54,877 bases of DNA, filler included, from Basidiobolus ranarum (GCA_040143965.1; 4 parts of 4 records of this genome joined end to end with filler, not necessarily neighbours in it), one strand, 5' to 3'. Positions 39,661 through 51,158 are shown, counted from the whole stretch's first letter. A program made the numbers and translations. Notes: a model not told the origin generated them from the letters alone.

Positions 39661-41031
39661 ATGCATTCCAATATCCCCCCTGCCCCCGAAGCTCCCCGCG
39701 AACTTAAGCCTACTAAGAACCCTTTGGTGCTAGCCTGGCGCTTCATTAGGAGGGTCAACCTCACTATTTGGATTATAATATCTATGGTGATCGGTATCCT
39801 TCTGGGATGGCTTCAACCTGAATTTGCCAAAGAACTAAAGCCAATTTCCAACATATTCTTGTACATGATCAAGTGCTTAATCGTTCCTCTTATTTTCTCC
39901 ACATTGGCCGTCGGTATCGCTGGACATGGTGATGATATGAAGCAAATTGGACGCTTAGCAATCAAATCTCTCGTCTATTTCGAAGTTGTTACCACTCTTG
40001 CTTTGATTATTGGTTTGATTATGGTGAACTTGTTGAAACCTGGTGTTGGGGTTTCTCTTCCCGCAGATACTAAACCTGATGCCACTAAAGGTCTCCAGAA
40101 TTATACTATAAGTTGGCAGAGTGAACTTGAACACATTATCCCTCAAAGTTTCTTCCAAGCTGCTGTGAATAATGAGGTTTTACAGATTGTATTCTGCTCC
40201 ATTATGTTCGCAGTTGCTATGATGAAGACCCCCGGGAAATCCAAGGTAGTGATGATTGACTGGTTACAAAGTCTGTCTGATATAATGTTTAAAGTTACTG
40301 AATTGGTCATGAACTTCGCACCCATTGGTATTGGATGCTCTATTGCCTATACCATTGGCCAAAGCGGAATCGGAGTTTTGGTCGATCTTGGAAAGTTGAT
40401 GGGTACACTATACCTATCTTTGGTTATCTTCATGCTTATAGTTTTCCTTCCAATCATCTTGATTCTCCGAGTTCCCTTCAAAGGCTTGCTAAAGGCTATT
40501 GCACACCCTGCTTTGATCGCTTTTTCCACATCCTCCTCAGAGGCAGCACTTCCTCGAGCCATGAAGAATATGGAAGCCTATGGTGTTCCCAACAAAATCA
40601 TTGCTTTTGTAATGCCTACCGGCTATTCTTTCAACTTGGATGGTACTACCTTGTATCTAGCCATTGCCTCAGTATTTGCTGCTCAAGTTGGAGGTATTAA
40701 TATGCCTTTCAGCACACAAATTGTTATGATGCTTACCCTGATGCTCACTAGTAAGGGAGTAGCCGCTGTTCCCCGTGCTTCTTTGGTCATTCTCTCTGGT
40801 GCTGTTAAGAGCTTCAATCTTCCAGAAGCTTCAATTGCATTGATTCTTGGAATTGATGCTCTTATGGATATGGGTAGAACTACTGTGAATCTCATCGGTA
40901 ACTGTATTGCTACTGTTGTTGTCGCAAAATGGGAGAGAGAATTCAGGACCCAGGAATATTTCGAGCAAGAAAATAGAGATGTTCAGTCCGTAGAACTTGG
41001 TGAAAGTGAAAAGATCGAGAAGCAGTACTAG
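39661..41031 (+). CDS. Dicarboxylate/amino acid:cation symporter (DAACS/SDF), GltP/DctA-like, intronless
   Basis: Motifs FLYMIKCLIVPLIFSTL, AFSTSSSEAALP (HP1), MPTGYSFNLDGTTLY (TM7), LTSKGVAAVPRAS (HP2) and GIDALMDMGRTTVN (TM8). Confidence 0.95.
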   Translation: MHSNIPPAPEAPRELKPTKNPLVLAWRFIRRVNLTIWIIISMVIGILLGWLQPEFAKELKPISNIFLYMIKCLIVPLIFSTLAVGIAGHGDDMKQIGRLAIKSLVYFEVVTTLALIIGLIMVNLLKPGVGVSLPADTKPDATKGLQNYTISWQSELEHIIPQSFFQAAVNNEVLQIVFCSIMFAVAMMKTPGKSKVVMIDWLQSLSDIMFKVTELVMNFAPIGIGCSIAYTIGQSGIGVLVDLGKLMGTLYLSLVIFMLIVFLPIILILRVPFKGLLKAIAHPALIAFSTSSSEAALPRAMKNMEAYGVPNKIIAFVMPTGYSFNLDGTTLYLAIASVFAAQVGGINMPFSTQIVMMLTLMLTSKGVAAVPRASLVILSGAVKSFNLPEASIALILGIDALMDMGRTTVNLIGNCIATVVVAKWEREFRTQEYFEQENRDVQSVELGESEKIEKQY

Positions 41032-41145
41032 GATTAGCATTGAAAATAGGTTTTTTGCCTCATCTGCCATATCTCCTTCCCATATGCACTTCACAATGTA
41101 TCATTTCCTAGTCATTTGCGCTCTAGCAATCATTAATATCCTTAG

Positions 41146-41245
41146 NNNNNNNNNNNNNNNNNNNNNNNNNNNNNNNNNNNNNNNNNNNNTTAATTAATTA
41201 ANNNNNNNNNNNNNNNNNNNNNNNNNNNNNNNNNNNNNNNNNNNN
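41146..41245. other. Artificial contig linker N44-TTAATTAATTAA-N44
   Basis: Same 100-nt linker as at 13660. Confidence 0.98.
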
Positions 41246-41437
41246 GTTTTGTTTGGCTGCACCCTTGGCTGAGTGAGCATTACCTGAACTCTTTTGTTCA
41301 GCAGCCAACTTTTGTTGTTCAGCTTCCATTTGCTTTTGTTCGCCCTTGGCGACCATACTTTCACTGTTGAACATCTTACCAACTCCTTCTTGGATGTTAC
41401 CAGCGGCGTTCTTGGCGGCAGCAGAGATTTTAGACAT
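41246..41437 (-). CDS. CsbD-like/Hmp1-like hydrophilic stress protein, truncated at the contig edge
   Basis: MSKISAAAKNAAGNIQEGVGKMFNSESMVAKGEQKQ...GNAHSAKGAAKQ follows the CsbD repeat pattern (G.vKE.vGk..g.e.l...G). A TATA box lies about 60 nt upstream. Confidence 0.7.
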
Positions 41438-41863
41438 TGTATGTTATTACTTATTGTGTTAATAAGGTTTTTGCTGATTCTTGTGGTTACAGCTTCCTTT
41501 TTATAGATTTTGAACCAAAAGATTCAAGTTGGCCATTTGAATTAACATTGATGACGATTGCTTGTATGACCTAACCTTGTTGTGGTGATAACTATGGCAC
41601 TTTCCTTTTTCATGTAGTAGTTACGTTTTTCTTTATATAGATGCTATTTAATTTACTGTTAGAGTCATCCCATTTTGCCTTAGTCTATTTCTCGCCAAGC
41701 TCTATTAGAACTTAGCACCCTAGTTACCTCATTACTCGATGATACATCAACTTATTTACTATTAAGTTATAATGACAGTCATTCACTTTTTGATATCATC
41801 CTCCAAAACCTTGTAGTGACTAAATTTCTATATTGAGAGGCAGTTTGCTGCGTCATTTGCACT

Positions 41864-41871
41864 TGACGTCA
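41864..41871. promoter_or_regulatory. CRE (ATF/CREB) palindrome TGACGTCA in a divergent promoter
   Basis: Perfect 8-mer with a nearby TGCGTCA (41849), between the divergent CsbD-like and WBP2-like genes. Confidence 0.45.
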
Positions 41872-42130
41872 CACTTACGCTTAAGCAAAATTGAAAAATT
41901 GAATACGGGACAAGTGATTATGTACATGGAGTATTTACTCGCATGTCAAATATGCTATAGTTTTTGGAATATTATGAGAGCGGCAGATGTATGAAGCACA
42001 TGGTATTAAATCTAGTAGTTATTCGCAGTTATTAGAATGAATTATATGAATCTGATTAAAATTTATGTAGTCGTCACAATTCCTTACCCACTATCACTAT
42101 CCATTAGCTTCACTTTTCTACTTTTAAATT

Positions 42131-42813
42131 ATGAGTATCAATAGTATTGGAGTAGCATGGAATGATGTGATCCCTTCTTTTCCGTTACATCCTGGAGAGA
42201 CTGTTATATTTCTTGTACCTAGTGTAGATGTTGATGTTGAGGGGATTCTCAGCTTGTAAGTACAAAGCAATTTATCTATTTATCCACTTGGGATAGTAGT
42301 TTACCTTATTTCTTTAATCCTCTTTCAGACAAGAGAACAGAAAACAGACATTGACTGGGAAAGGGGCACTATTTCTCACGAATTCTCGAATTATCTTCAT
42401 CAATAACAATCGTGAACCCACTGTCAGTTTTACTACCTTTTCAATGGATATTCCACGAGTTAGAAATCCGGAATTTAAGCAACCATTTTGGGGAGCCAAT
42501 GCTTTCCACTGTAACGTTTTGATACAGGTTAGATAGAGTTGAATATGGATTGATTTATTTGGTTCTTTTTTAACTTGAACTTTAATAGGCAAGTGAACCT
42601 ATTCGCGTGAAGTTTTCTTTTAATGAAGGTGGGGCATTTGATTTTTGGAGAAACTGGGCGGAGACCGCAAGGAATTATAGTAGTCGACAACAAGAATACG
42701 TTCAACCCCCGCCATTGTACGAGGAAGCTACGGCTAATGTATCTCCTGTAGCGAATACCGATCATATTTTGAACCATAATTCTTCTCCCAATGCACCCCC
42801 TCCTTACCAGTAA
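42131..42813 (+). CDS. WBP2-like PH-GRAM domain protein with PPxY motifs (UPF0664-like), 3 exons
   Basis: Exons 42131-42255, 42329-42527 and 42589-42813 join in frame. Motifs MSIN, GKGALFLTNSRIIF, FKQPFWGAN, KFSFNEGGAFDF, and C-terminal PPLY and PPPY. Confidence 0.85.
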
Positions 42814-43129
42814 CATGAATCTTTGATTATCCCAATATACCATGTACATAAAGAAGCGATTCTTTCATTTGCGAAACCATCGTGACCAGTTTATCACAAT
42901 GATACGATGATACATTTAGCAATTGGTACCAAACAAGGCTCCAATGATACTGAACCACTATTAATAAAAATAACACTTTATTGATGTCCAATTCTTCATA
43001 ATATCCATCACTTGGAGGAAAAAAAGATCGAATGTTTATATAATAGAAGAATGATTCATTCACTTTATATATAGCTATGACTCAAGTAACCAAGAAATAT
43101 ACAGTATAATTGAAAAGTTCTGACGTCCC

Positions 43130-44824
43130 CTAGGGCTTGGGAATGTAACTAGGGATGGCAGTGGCATTAGTGGCAAATCCTTTACTCAGGGCTGAATTAG
43201 TCGCATAAGCAAATGGTTTGTTTGGCGGTAGAGTTCCTCGATAGGTATGCTCTAGAATAGGAATTCGATTAATCGCATCTTCTATACACTCTGATGAAAT
43301 AAGAGCGGAAGGTTTGACACCTGGCAGAATATGTGTCATTCTAGTGGTAAAAGCTTTGGCTGTATATAATAAATCAAAGTAAGAAACACTTCAAATGATA
43401 CTAGTCGTACGCGAAAAAATACCTGTAGCTTGTTCCAGTGGCGATATTAAAGAGAAATCATTGTTTGCTCTAGCTTCTTGAAATTCTACCAATTTAAGCA
43501 GTAACTTTGAATTCTCTTCTATAACGAATGAGGCAGAATTTACTTCACTAGACTCATGACTGGCATTATTGTCGTTTGATATCGAAGTTGATGCACTGCC
43601 GTTAGCATTATTTTGACCATCGACGGCGGTGTCTTGGACAATTTGAGATGCAGAGTTATCTACCGAATTATGAACATCCGGTAACTCCGTAGATTCAGCA
43701 GGGGTAGACACATCAGAATCAGTATCTCCATCTGACTCGAATCGGCGTTTTTTAAAGTAATAGAGAGTGGTTGTATCTTGTGAGGAAAGAGTAGCAGACG
43801 AGGAATCCATACTAGGTGCAAAGCTAGAGAATCCATCATGACTCACAAAAAGAACTATATTAAGCTAGTGTTAGTGATTCGATGGGTAGAAACAAGCCAA
43901 TTCCTACGAAAGTTACTTACGAGGATTGATTGACTCTTGTTTACGATGCTGTGGAGTACTAGGTGTATTAGATGAAGGACAAACTGCACCTAAGGGTGGA
44001 GGCCTCTCGGATACATGTGTTGGGAATATAGTCATTGGTCTAGCTTCTCCAACTACATATTTACAGTACATTCAAAGCTGTCAATACTTGATACATAATA
44101 AGTTTGAATACTCTGCGATAAATCATACCGATATCCAAATGCTCGTTAGGCTTAAAGCCTCGTTTAGAACTAGTGAACAAGAAACCATCTCCGCATCGTT
44201 GAAATAAAGCGATGTTTCTGTGAAAATCATTCTGCACTTCATCTACATTGCACACACGAGGTTGAATTAAACAAGTCACATCAGTTTCGGAGTGTATATA
44301 TGCTTACTTGGTTGGTAAGAGCTTGAAGTAACTCCATTCGTCTTATAGTGGAGAATAGTTAGTTTATATATTATTTTTACAAGAGCAAACCGATAAGACT
44401 TACTTGGGGCCCTTGTTGGCTACGGATATCAGAAAGGTAATTATTTCCAAGTTTCCATAAAGCAGAGACACTAGTTATTTTTTCTTTATCGGCAGTAACA
44501 CTTAGTATATTTCGACAGAGTTTATCAAAATCTGCCTATGAGTCGAGAGTTGATAAGTATCGAGTGAGATATTTCTTGGAAAGACAAGAGTAAACTCACC
44601 TGAAATTGCTCTACATTGGTGTATTTTTCCTTCAGATTATTTTCTATTGAGATGAGATTTATTCCTGGTTCGTTTGTCAACAACTTATCCTCGTCAAGTC
44701 TAAACTCGTAAAAAAAAGGAACGTAAATTTTAACCTCATAATTGAGCCTTTAATGGTATGTCAGTGTTTACTCTTTAAGTACGAATAAGATCTTTTCAAG
44801 ATCCTTCTGCGTTTTGTCCTCCAT
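43130..44824 (-). CDS. BRD7/BRD9-Rsc58-like chromatin remodelling subunit with a degenerate bromodomain, about 8 exons
   Basis: ATG at 44824; successive GT-AG introns. Segments INLISIENNLKEKYTNVEQFQADFDKLCRN (bromodomain helices A-B), FSSFAPSMDSSSATLS (DUF3512-like), ENSKLLLKLVEFQEAR and EQATAKAFTTRMTHILPGVKPSALIS (BRD7 C-terminus-like). Confidence 0.7.
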
Positions 44825-44979
44825 TTCACCTTATAAGAAGAATATGTATATACGTGTAAAGGAATATAACTAGCTTTGTAATAGAGTTAAATTGATCCAC
44901 GCGTCATTATCGACAATATTCCATATAGATTTTTCGTGATTTATGTTGATTTAAACATGAACATGAAAAGTGAATTAAT

Positions 44980-45596
44980 TTATTTTGATATTTTTTGCAT
45001 TAAACAAGCATCTGGACCATAAATCATTTTTAAACTAATCATTTTTTCTTCCATATTATCTACTTCAATGAAACCTGCTTGTTCCCAAAATTTACGTGAT
45101 TGCTGTACAGAGATTAAATAAATTTGCTTAAAATCTAAATCTTCCGCAACTTTAAGTACTCTTGTATACAATGCTTTACCCACTTTGAGTCCTCTAGCAT
45201 CTTGACTCAAAGCCAAATCGTGTATAAAGTAGCTGTTAGGGTTCTCAACTGCCTTGGCTGACCCATTGAGACTGGGAATATTTGGGAAGGAAATTGGATG
45301 AGAAAAGCAATAGCCAACCACTGAATCATTGTCGGTTTTTCGTGCAACAAAACATCCCTGAGGATATACGTTAAACTTCTCTCTAAAACAGTCGTACTAT
45401 AGAAAAGAAAACTAGTTAAACGGTGAACCATTTATATAGAAGTAGTCAAAACAATTGAAGGAACTTAGTTACTAATACTAACCACTTCATGAAACTCTTT
45501 TGAGTACACTGATAACTGAACTTGATGTACTTTTAGTAAATCTTCAGTTTTCATATTTTCTATCTCAATCGATGAGACTTTAGAAGGGATATTCAT
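44980..45596 (-). CDS. GNAT family N-acetyltransferase, 2 exons
   Basis: Exons 45596-45483 and 45396-44980 join in phase 0. Motifs YPQGCFVA, VVGYCFSHP, YFIHDLALSQDARGLKVGKAL (acetyl-CoA motif A) and ISVQQSRKFWEQAGF. Confidence 0.88.
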
Positions 45597-45876
45597 TAGA
45601 ACTAGGATATATTGAAGTTGGAGTCTCTATTACGTTGACCAAAGATACAATAAATATGTCACGAAATATACTGTGAACTATATTGTGTTAATTGTGTCTT
45701 ATTTAGAAATCTATTTTGCGTATGATTATATATGATGGATATGCCATACTTCTTCACGTTTAAAAATGGTGTCACCATCTTTTGATATTATTCTGGTCTA
45801 GCAAATACTTAAGCATATCACATGATAAAGGATATTAACTAGATCAATACAATCAATATTCTTGGAGTATTCTCAG

Positions 45877-46687
45877 ATGACTACTGTTCCGACACAAAGA
45901 ACTCATACAACCATTCACAAGAGAATCTCTTGGAGAGAGAGGTTTATAAAAGAATGTTTAGATAAATTTCAGAAAGACCGTATTTCCCTTGTTAATGAAC
46001 GTCGTAGGTTATCAAAGTCAAGTAGGTAGAAGTGAAAATACTAAGTTAGAAGGATGGACAAGAAAAAGAACTTATTTTATCTCCAATCAAATAGAAGATA
46101 TCGTTCTGAAGGAAATGGTGTCCAAAGAATTGTCAACTTTCCTTGAGCAGAATGCAGAATTGGTGGAAGATTTCGAATTAATAGCCAACGTAAAAACTCA
46201 ACATATTATACAAGGAACTCCCGAATGGTATGAGTTTTGCGAACACGTTGAACAAGAAGTTTATAAAAATTTATCCGAAACAATAGGTCATTTCTTCATT
46301 ATTTCACGAGTTTCTTTGGGTTGCTGACACGTCTAACCTATACAGATACTGACCATTGTAATACGGACTTGAAGTGTCCCCTATGTAAACAGAAGCACTT
46401 ACAACAAAAAAACAACTTGGTCTATTGTTTATGTGGATTTCGGGTGAATACCCAGTCAGATAGTACAGGATTAGCCTATCTAAAGGATGCATTGATGCAT
46501 ACGGAAACAAGTCATAAGTACGTTGTTGGAATATCTAAGATCCACAGTTACTCACATAGACTCTTCTTTTCCTCATAGGGTCGCGTGCCACGGTAACCTG
46601 ATGTATCAATGTAATGAAATATATGGTTCTGGAAGTATGTTGATCGCCACCTGTGACGTTTGTGAGCTCTGTGAAGTTGTATTATAA
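45877..46687 (+). CDS. RPAIN: RPA-interacting protein (RIP/RPAIN), 4 exons
   Basis: N-terminal basic motif SWRERFIKECLDKFQKDRISLVNERR, an acidic middle, and a C-terminal Zn finger CPLCKQKHL...YCLCGFR...H...C...CDVC. Stop at 46685-46687. Confidence 0.82.
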
Positions 46688-47331
46688 GCATGACTCTTAA
46701 TAATAATAATACTTATTCTGTTATATCTCCTCTTTCCCCTTCCTATATTGAATTGCCTAAATCATGATCGCACTGTACTAAAAGTAATATTTCCACAAAA
46801 TCTAGAGTGGTACATTTTTGTTGTCAAGTCTAGTATATTGGTTCTACCATATCACTAGCATTTCCTTATCTTTACTTTTCTTCGGACTGATATCACATGC
46901 TCTGTTCACTACCTTCCTTGCTTGTGGTATCATATCCTCTGCTTCGTATTATTAGTGCTCAATAGAATCTTAATGCTGGAGACGGATAATTACGGATCAA
47001 TGTTGAAGTTTCTGTAGAGTAACTAGATAAGAGATCAGCTGATTGTAAGATAGTATTATGAATATATTATGTCAAAAAGATAGAGATGGGAGGACGAAAA
47101 AGCAGGCTGGTGAAAGATAGATTTATATCACAATCAATTCTCATGAATTCTAGCGAGTTTTAAGACATGCTTCTAACGCTCCATGTCTCGAGTCACATAG
47201 TGTATTACTAGTGTTTCCCTTTTCTATCCCTCATGAGATGTTGAATTTGGTATGTTATGAGAGCTCAGTAGAAAGAATCCCCTTTATTTAGAATAAAATA
47301 ATTTACATCAAAGTGAAATGAATGAATATCT

Positions 47332-49408
47332 TTAAAATTCCCCATCGAATCCCATAAATCCAGTTAATAGGAACACTGGAAAGAATGGTTTTTTCTCAAT
47401 TTGTGAACACCAATTCCAACAAGAAGTGAGACGACCATCAATACACGAACCTGCTTCGAAGAAATTGGCACCACCACTACCATCAAATGCGTACCGGAAA
47501 AAGTCGGCAAGAATCTCCTTTTTAAGGGTATCGGGACCACCCCACGTCTCCTCTAGGTATGTGTTTAATTCGGGGTTTCTTACCAGTTCTTCAATACGCT
47601 CAAGACATGTGACAATGGGATTTAAAATACGAGGTACTTGGGTATATTTATCGATGAAATGGAAAGATGAAGGAACCAAGTCATCTCCCAAGTGGACCAC
47701 CGAAGAGCCTACCCAGTGACCAATCTCTCGTTGAACCTTACTGACTATCTGACGCATAGCTTTGGAGACACGTGGAGCAGATTGAACTCGATTAAGTCCC
47801 TGCCCAGTGTTTCGTAAACGATACGGATTGTTTTCGTCTAACATGTCTTGTTCCGAAAGATACCATAGCTATGAGTTCAAAGGTTAGCACATGTGATACA
47901 TAAGCAGAAGACTAAAAGTTCCCACCTTAAACATATCGTATTGGATTTCACGCCACAAGATCAATGATTGAAGTACAAACTGATACTGATGCTGATGAGA
48001 ATGAGTCAGACGAGCACCACCTCGCCCTGCCATGATGGAGAGGTCGTAAAGTGGCTCAGCATAGTCAGGTCGAAAGTAGGTGGTAAGGTAATGAATCATT
48101 TTGTCACATGGATCACGATTAGTGCGTAGGAACGAGTGATTATCACCGATAGAGTACAGGCACACTTTGAGCTCTTCGTTACTAATGTTCTCATTTGCAT
48201 AATGTCTACTAAGATACTCGATGGCACGTTCTTTCTGTTTGATTTCTGTTTGGATTTGAGTTCTAGGATCATGTTAGACAATTGAAGAATTCATCAACTA
48301 TCTTGGAATGAGAAAAATACCTTGACTTTCCATCGGCGATGATCTCTCGGGTTGCAATGTTGATCTGGTCATCTTCTAACATGTCAAGGGCCCGAGAGGC
48401 TTCAAGGAACGCGTGCACGGTGGTGATCTCTTTGACACACGAGAACTGTAGCATATCCTTGACTTGGGGAATCATCGAATCCTAGTGTCACAAGAAAAGT
48501 TAGAGCTGCTCATCTGGTAATGACTTTAAATGACAATTGTAGCTGGGAAATCAACCTGTAACAAGTACATAAGCTTTCCAAATGCGGATCTCATTCTAGC
48601 TGGATTCATGATTTTATACCTGGAATGAAGGTAAGCATGGGTATTTGAGGATGTAGGTGATCTAAGTCCATGTATATGTATACCTTCTGCCTATTTCAAA
48701 TATTGTTTGGAAAAATTCCGCGTTTTCAGGAAAGCTATGGTCTTGAATCAAACGTTGACCTTCTTTATAATCACTAGCGACAACCAATCCAGAAAGGATA
48801 GCACAAATATCTCGAATTTGAGCAACCATACGCTTGGTCTTACTTTGATGGGAATAAACATCCACCTTATCCGTATATTCTGATACGTTAAGACTAGCCT
48901 CTAACAAACGAAGTAACTTGCGTTCTTTAAATTCCAATCTCAAAGGAATATATTTTGAACGTTCTTCAAACCAAGTAGAATCCATCACTGCGCCAGAAGA
49001 ATTGGTCTCTTTATTTGAGACTTTATCGAAGTTTGAAGTTAACGTGATACTCCGCTTTCGCTTTACTTCTACACCCTTACTTTCCATCTCACCTCCTTTC
49101 ATCTCCACATCCTCTTCAGCTGGTTTTGAAGGGGCTTGTAATTTTTGAACTTGGTGACTACGACGAGTGCCTGTACGATGTAAGGACCCATAACAAAGTT
49201 CACAGAACTCATCTCGACACTGTAGACAACGTTGTATCGATGGAGTATCTCCACATTCAATACACAAACCAGTCACTCCGCCTTCCCCAGTCTCACTGCT
49301 GGTTTCTTCCGGTTCAGATACTCGTAGTTCCAAATCGTCTTCAGGATTTTGTAGATCTAGAATGCGAGTCAGCATAGCTTTGTTATCAGCAGAAGGTGGA
49401 GAAGCCAT
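47332..49408 (-). CDS. UPF0652/DUF2009 protein (yeast YPL260W/Cub1-like) with an N-terminal B-box-type Zn finger, 5 exons
   Basis: Zn finger CIEC...CLQCRDEFCELCYGSLHRTGTRRSH. Family motifs YIPLRL...ERKLLRLLEASLNVSEYTDKVD, EIGRRYKIMNP, GARLTHSH, WVGSSVVHLGD and FDGSGGANFFEAGSCIDGRLTS. Confidence 0.9.
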
Positions 49409-49593
49409 AACAAAGGATACTTTTCTGAGGCAAGAAAAATACTAAGGTGAGAAGAACAAAAAGGGGGATACTAGTCCTACTAAAGATATGTAAGGAGAAG
49501 TAGTAAGGTAGGAATGATGGCAAATGATTTTCTGGGATTTGAAAAAAAAAGGACACATCGGGAAAGTGGGTCACACTACTTGATGATGTTGTG

Positions 49594-49622
49594 TATATGT
49601 ATATAATATATATATATATATA
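49594..49622. repeat. Imperfect (TA)n microsatellite
   Basis: tatatgtatataatatatatatatatata. Confidence 0.8.
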
Positions 49623-50113
49623 GATACTTACTCAAGTGGAATCAACGTTTAAATGCGTTAGAGAACAACCAAGCCACCATCACTGTGTAAATGTGATTGT
49701 TATTCTAGTTACATATCTGTGCATTAAGCTGTAACTCAAGATATCCGATGGATAGTATACAACAACATAACACACCAAGGGAGTGTTGTAAGATTACAGA
49801 GTCGCAGAACTTGACACACTACGTATTAAGAGATCTAGATAATTGTTTTCCTGTGCATTGTTACTCTAGCTGGAAGCACTTAACTAGTTGATGAAACATG
49901 CCAAATGTATTGAGTATATCTGGTTGTATGCATTCAGTAGATAAACTTCATATTTACTGAGGTCATAGTCGCACCTTCAATGTCTGTCGAAGCTACTATA
50001 AAGGCCAAGTTTCCCAATATTTGTACCTTACCTTGGTTTGTCACTAACAATTCCTTTCTCACGAAGCCTAGCTTTGAATTAACCCACTCTCCGTAACCAC
50101 TATAACTTTAACC

Positions 50114-50617
50114 ATGGTGTCTATTAAACCCACTTCCCTTGTTTGTCTCCTTACCTTCATTTACAGTGTCATTGCTGGTGGTATTCCGAATATTCCTCAG
50201 TGCAGTAGCTGTTTTAATTCCCTACCCAAAGGATGTATGGAGAAGATCACGACCTCTGTATCCAATCCCGTCGCCGCGCAATCAGCGTATCAGGATTGCC
50301 TGTGCACAAAGCAATATATCAACAATTTCATGAATTGTGCCACTTGCTCTGCCAAATCTATGAACTCTAATCAGCTACCCACCGAGAAAGATCGCAACGA
50401 AGCCATCGTCTCATGCTCTAGCCACGGATTCCCAATTCCAGATTCTGTTACTTCCCCCACCCAGAGTGGTAATCATTCTGAAATTGCCGGCAGCAATAAG
50501 TCTGGCACAATTTCCGGCCCTTTGTCTAATCAAACTAGTACTGCATCTGGTGAAAATCTGGTGTGCATTACAATGGTCAGCGGTATAACCTTTATGGGCT
50601 TAAAATTGGTCAATTAA
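50114..50617 (+). CDS. Small secreted 8-Cys protein with a Ser/Thr stalk, probably GPI-anchored (CFEM-like)
   Basis: Signal peptide; Cys pattern CxxC..C..CLC..CxxC..C; S/T/G-rich linker; hydrophobic C-terminus; TATA box near 49998. Confidence 0.75.
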   Translation: MVSIKPTSLVCLLTFIYSVIAGGIPNIPQCSSCFNSLPKGCMEKITTSVSNPVAAQSAYQDCLCTKQYINNFMNCATCSAKSMNSNQLPTEKDRNEAIVSCSSHGFPIPDSVTSPTQSGNHSEIAGSNKSGTISGPLSNQTSTASGENLVCITMVSGITFMGLKLVN

Positions 50618-51158
50618 ATGTAAGGCAGCTATTGGTAAACCAAAGTCACGTGTAACCTAACTTAGAACGTAAAAGATATATTTATAAGCCAACCACTTAT
50701 TGAATAGAATTCCATTTTAATATATAAAAGTCAAGATAACTATAATTACTGAGTGTCAATGGAACGTTATGAAAGAGATGGAGTTTCTTCACTTTTAGAA
50801 TTTGCTTTGCAAGCACTCGTTTTGCTCCTTACACTCCATCAATGTCCAATCAGTTATTAGCCACCCATCCTTCGTCTCCTCTTACGAACATAGTATATTT
50901 TGCTAATCGATTTCAGAGATAGTATAAATATATATATAAGATTCTATTTAGAAACGTCGATTTTAAAATCATAAAGTTTTGGTAAGAATCACTTAGTCGA
51001 TGATATAATGTATATATATTAAAATCATTACTCCTTTGCGAGCCCCTTTTTCTCTATACTGTTCAAGTACTCCCTATCTTCACTTCTCTAAGATCCTTCT
51101 ACCTACTCTTCAGTTGAAAGATCCCCTTGAGTGATCCTTGTTTGGTCCAGTTAGAAAA

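Noticed and set aside
39661..41437. DAACS transporter plus CsbD-like gene as a bacterial island or contaminant
   Set aside because: The two genes are on different contigs, and both contigs carry intron-containing fungal genes.
49412..49420. GTATCCTTT on the minus strand as a U12 5' splice site
   Set aside because: It lies just upstream of the DUF2009 ATG, has no downstream TCCTTAAC branch point, and the reading frame needs no intron.
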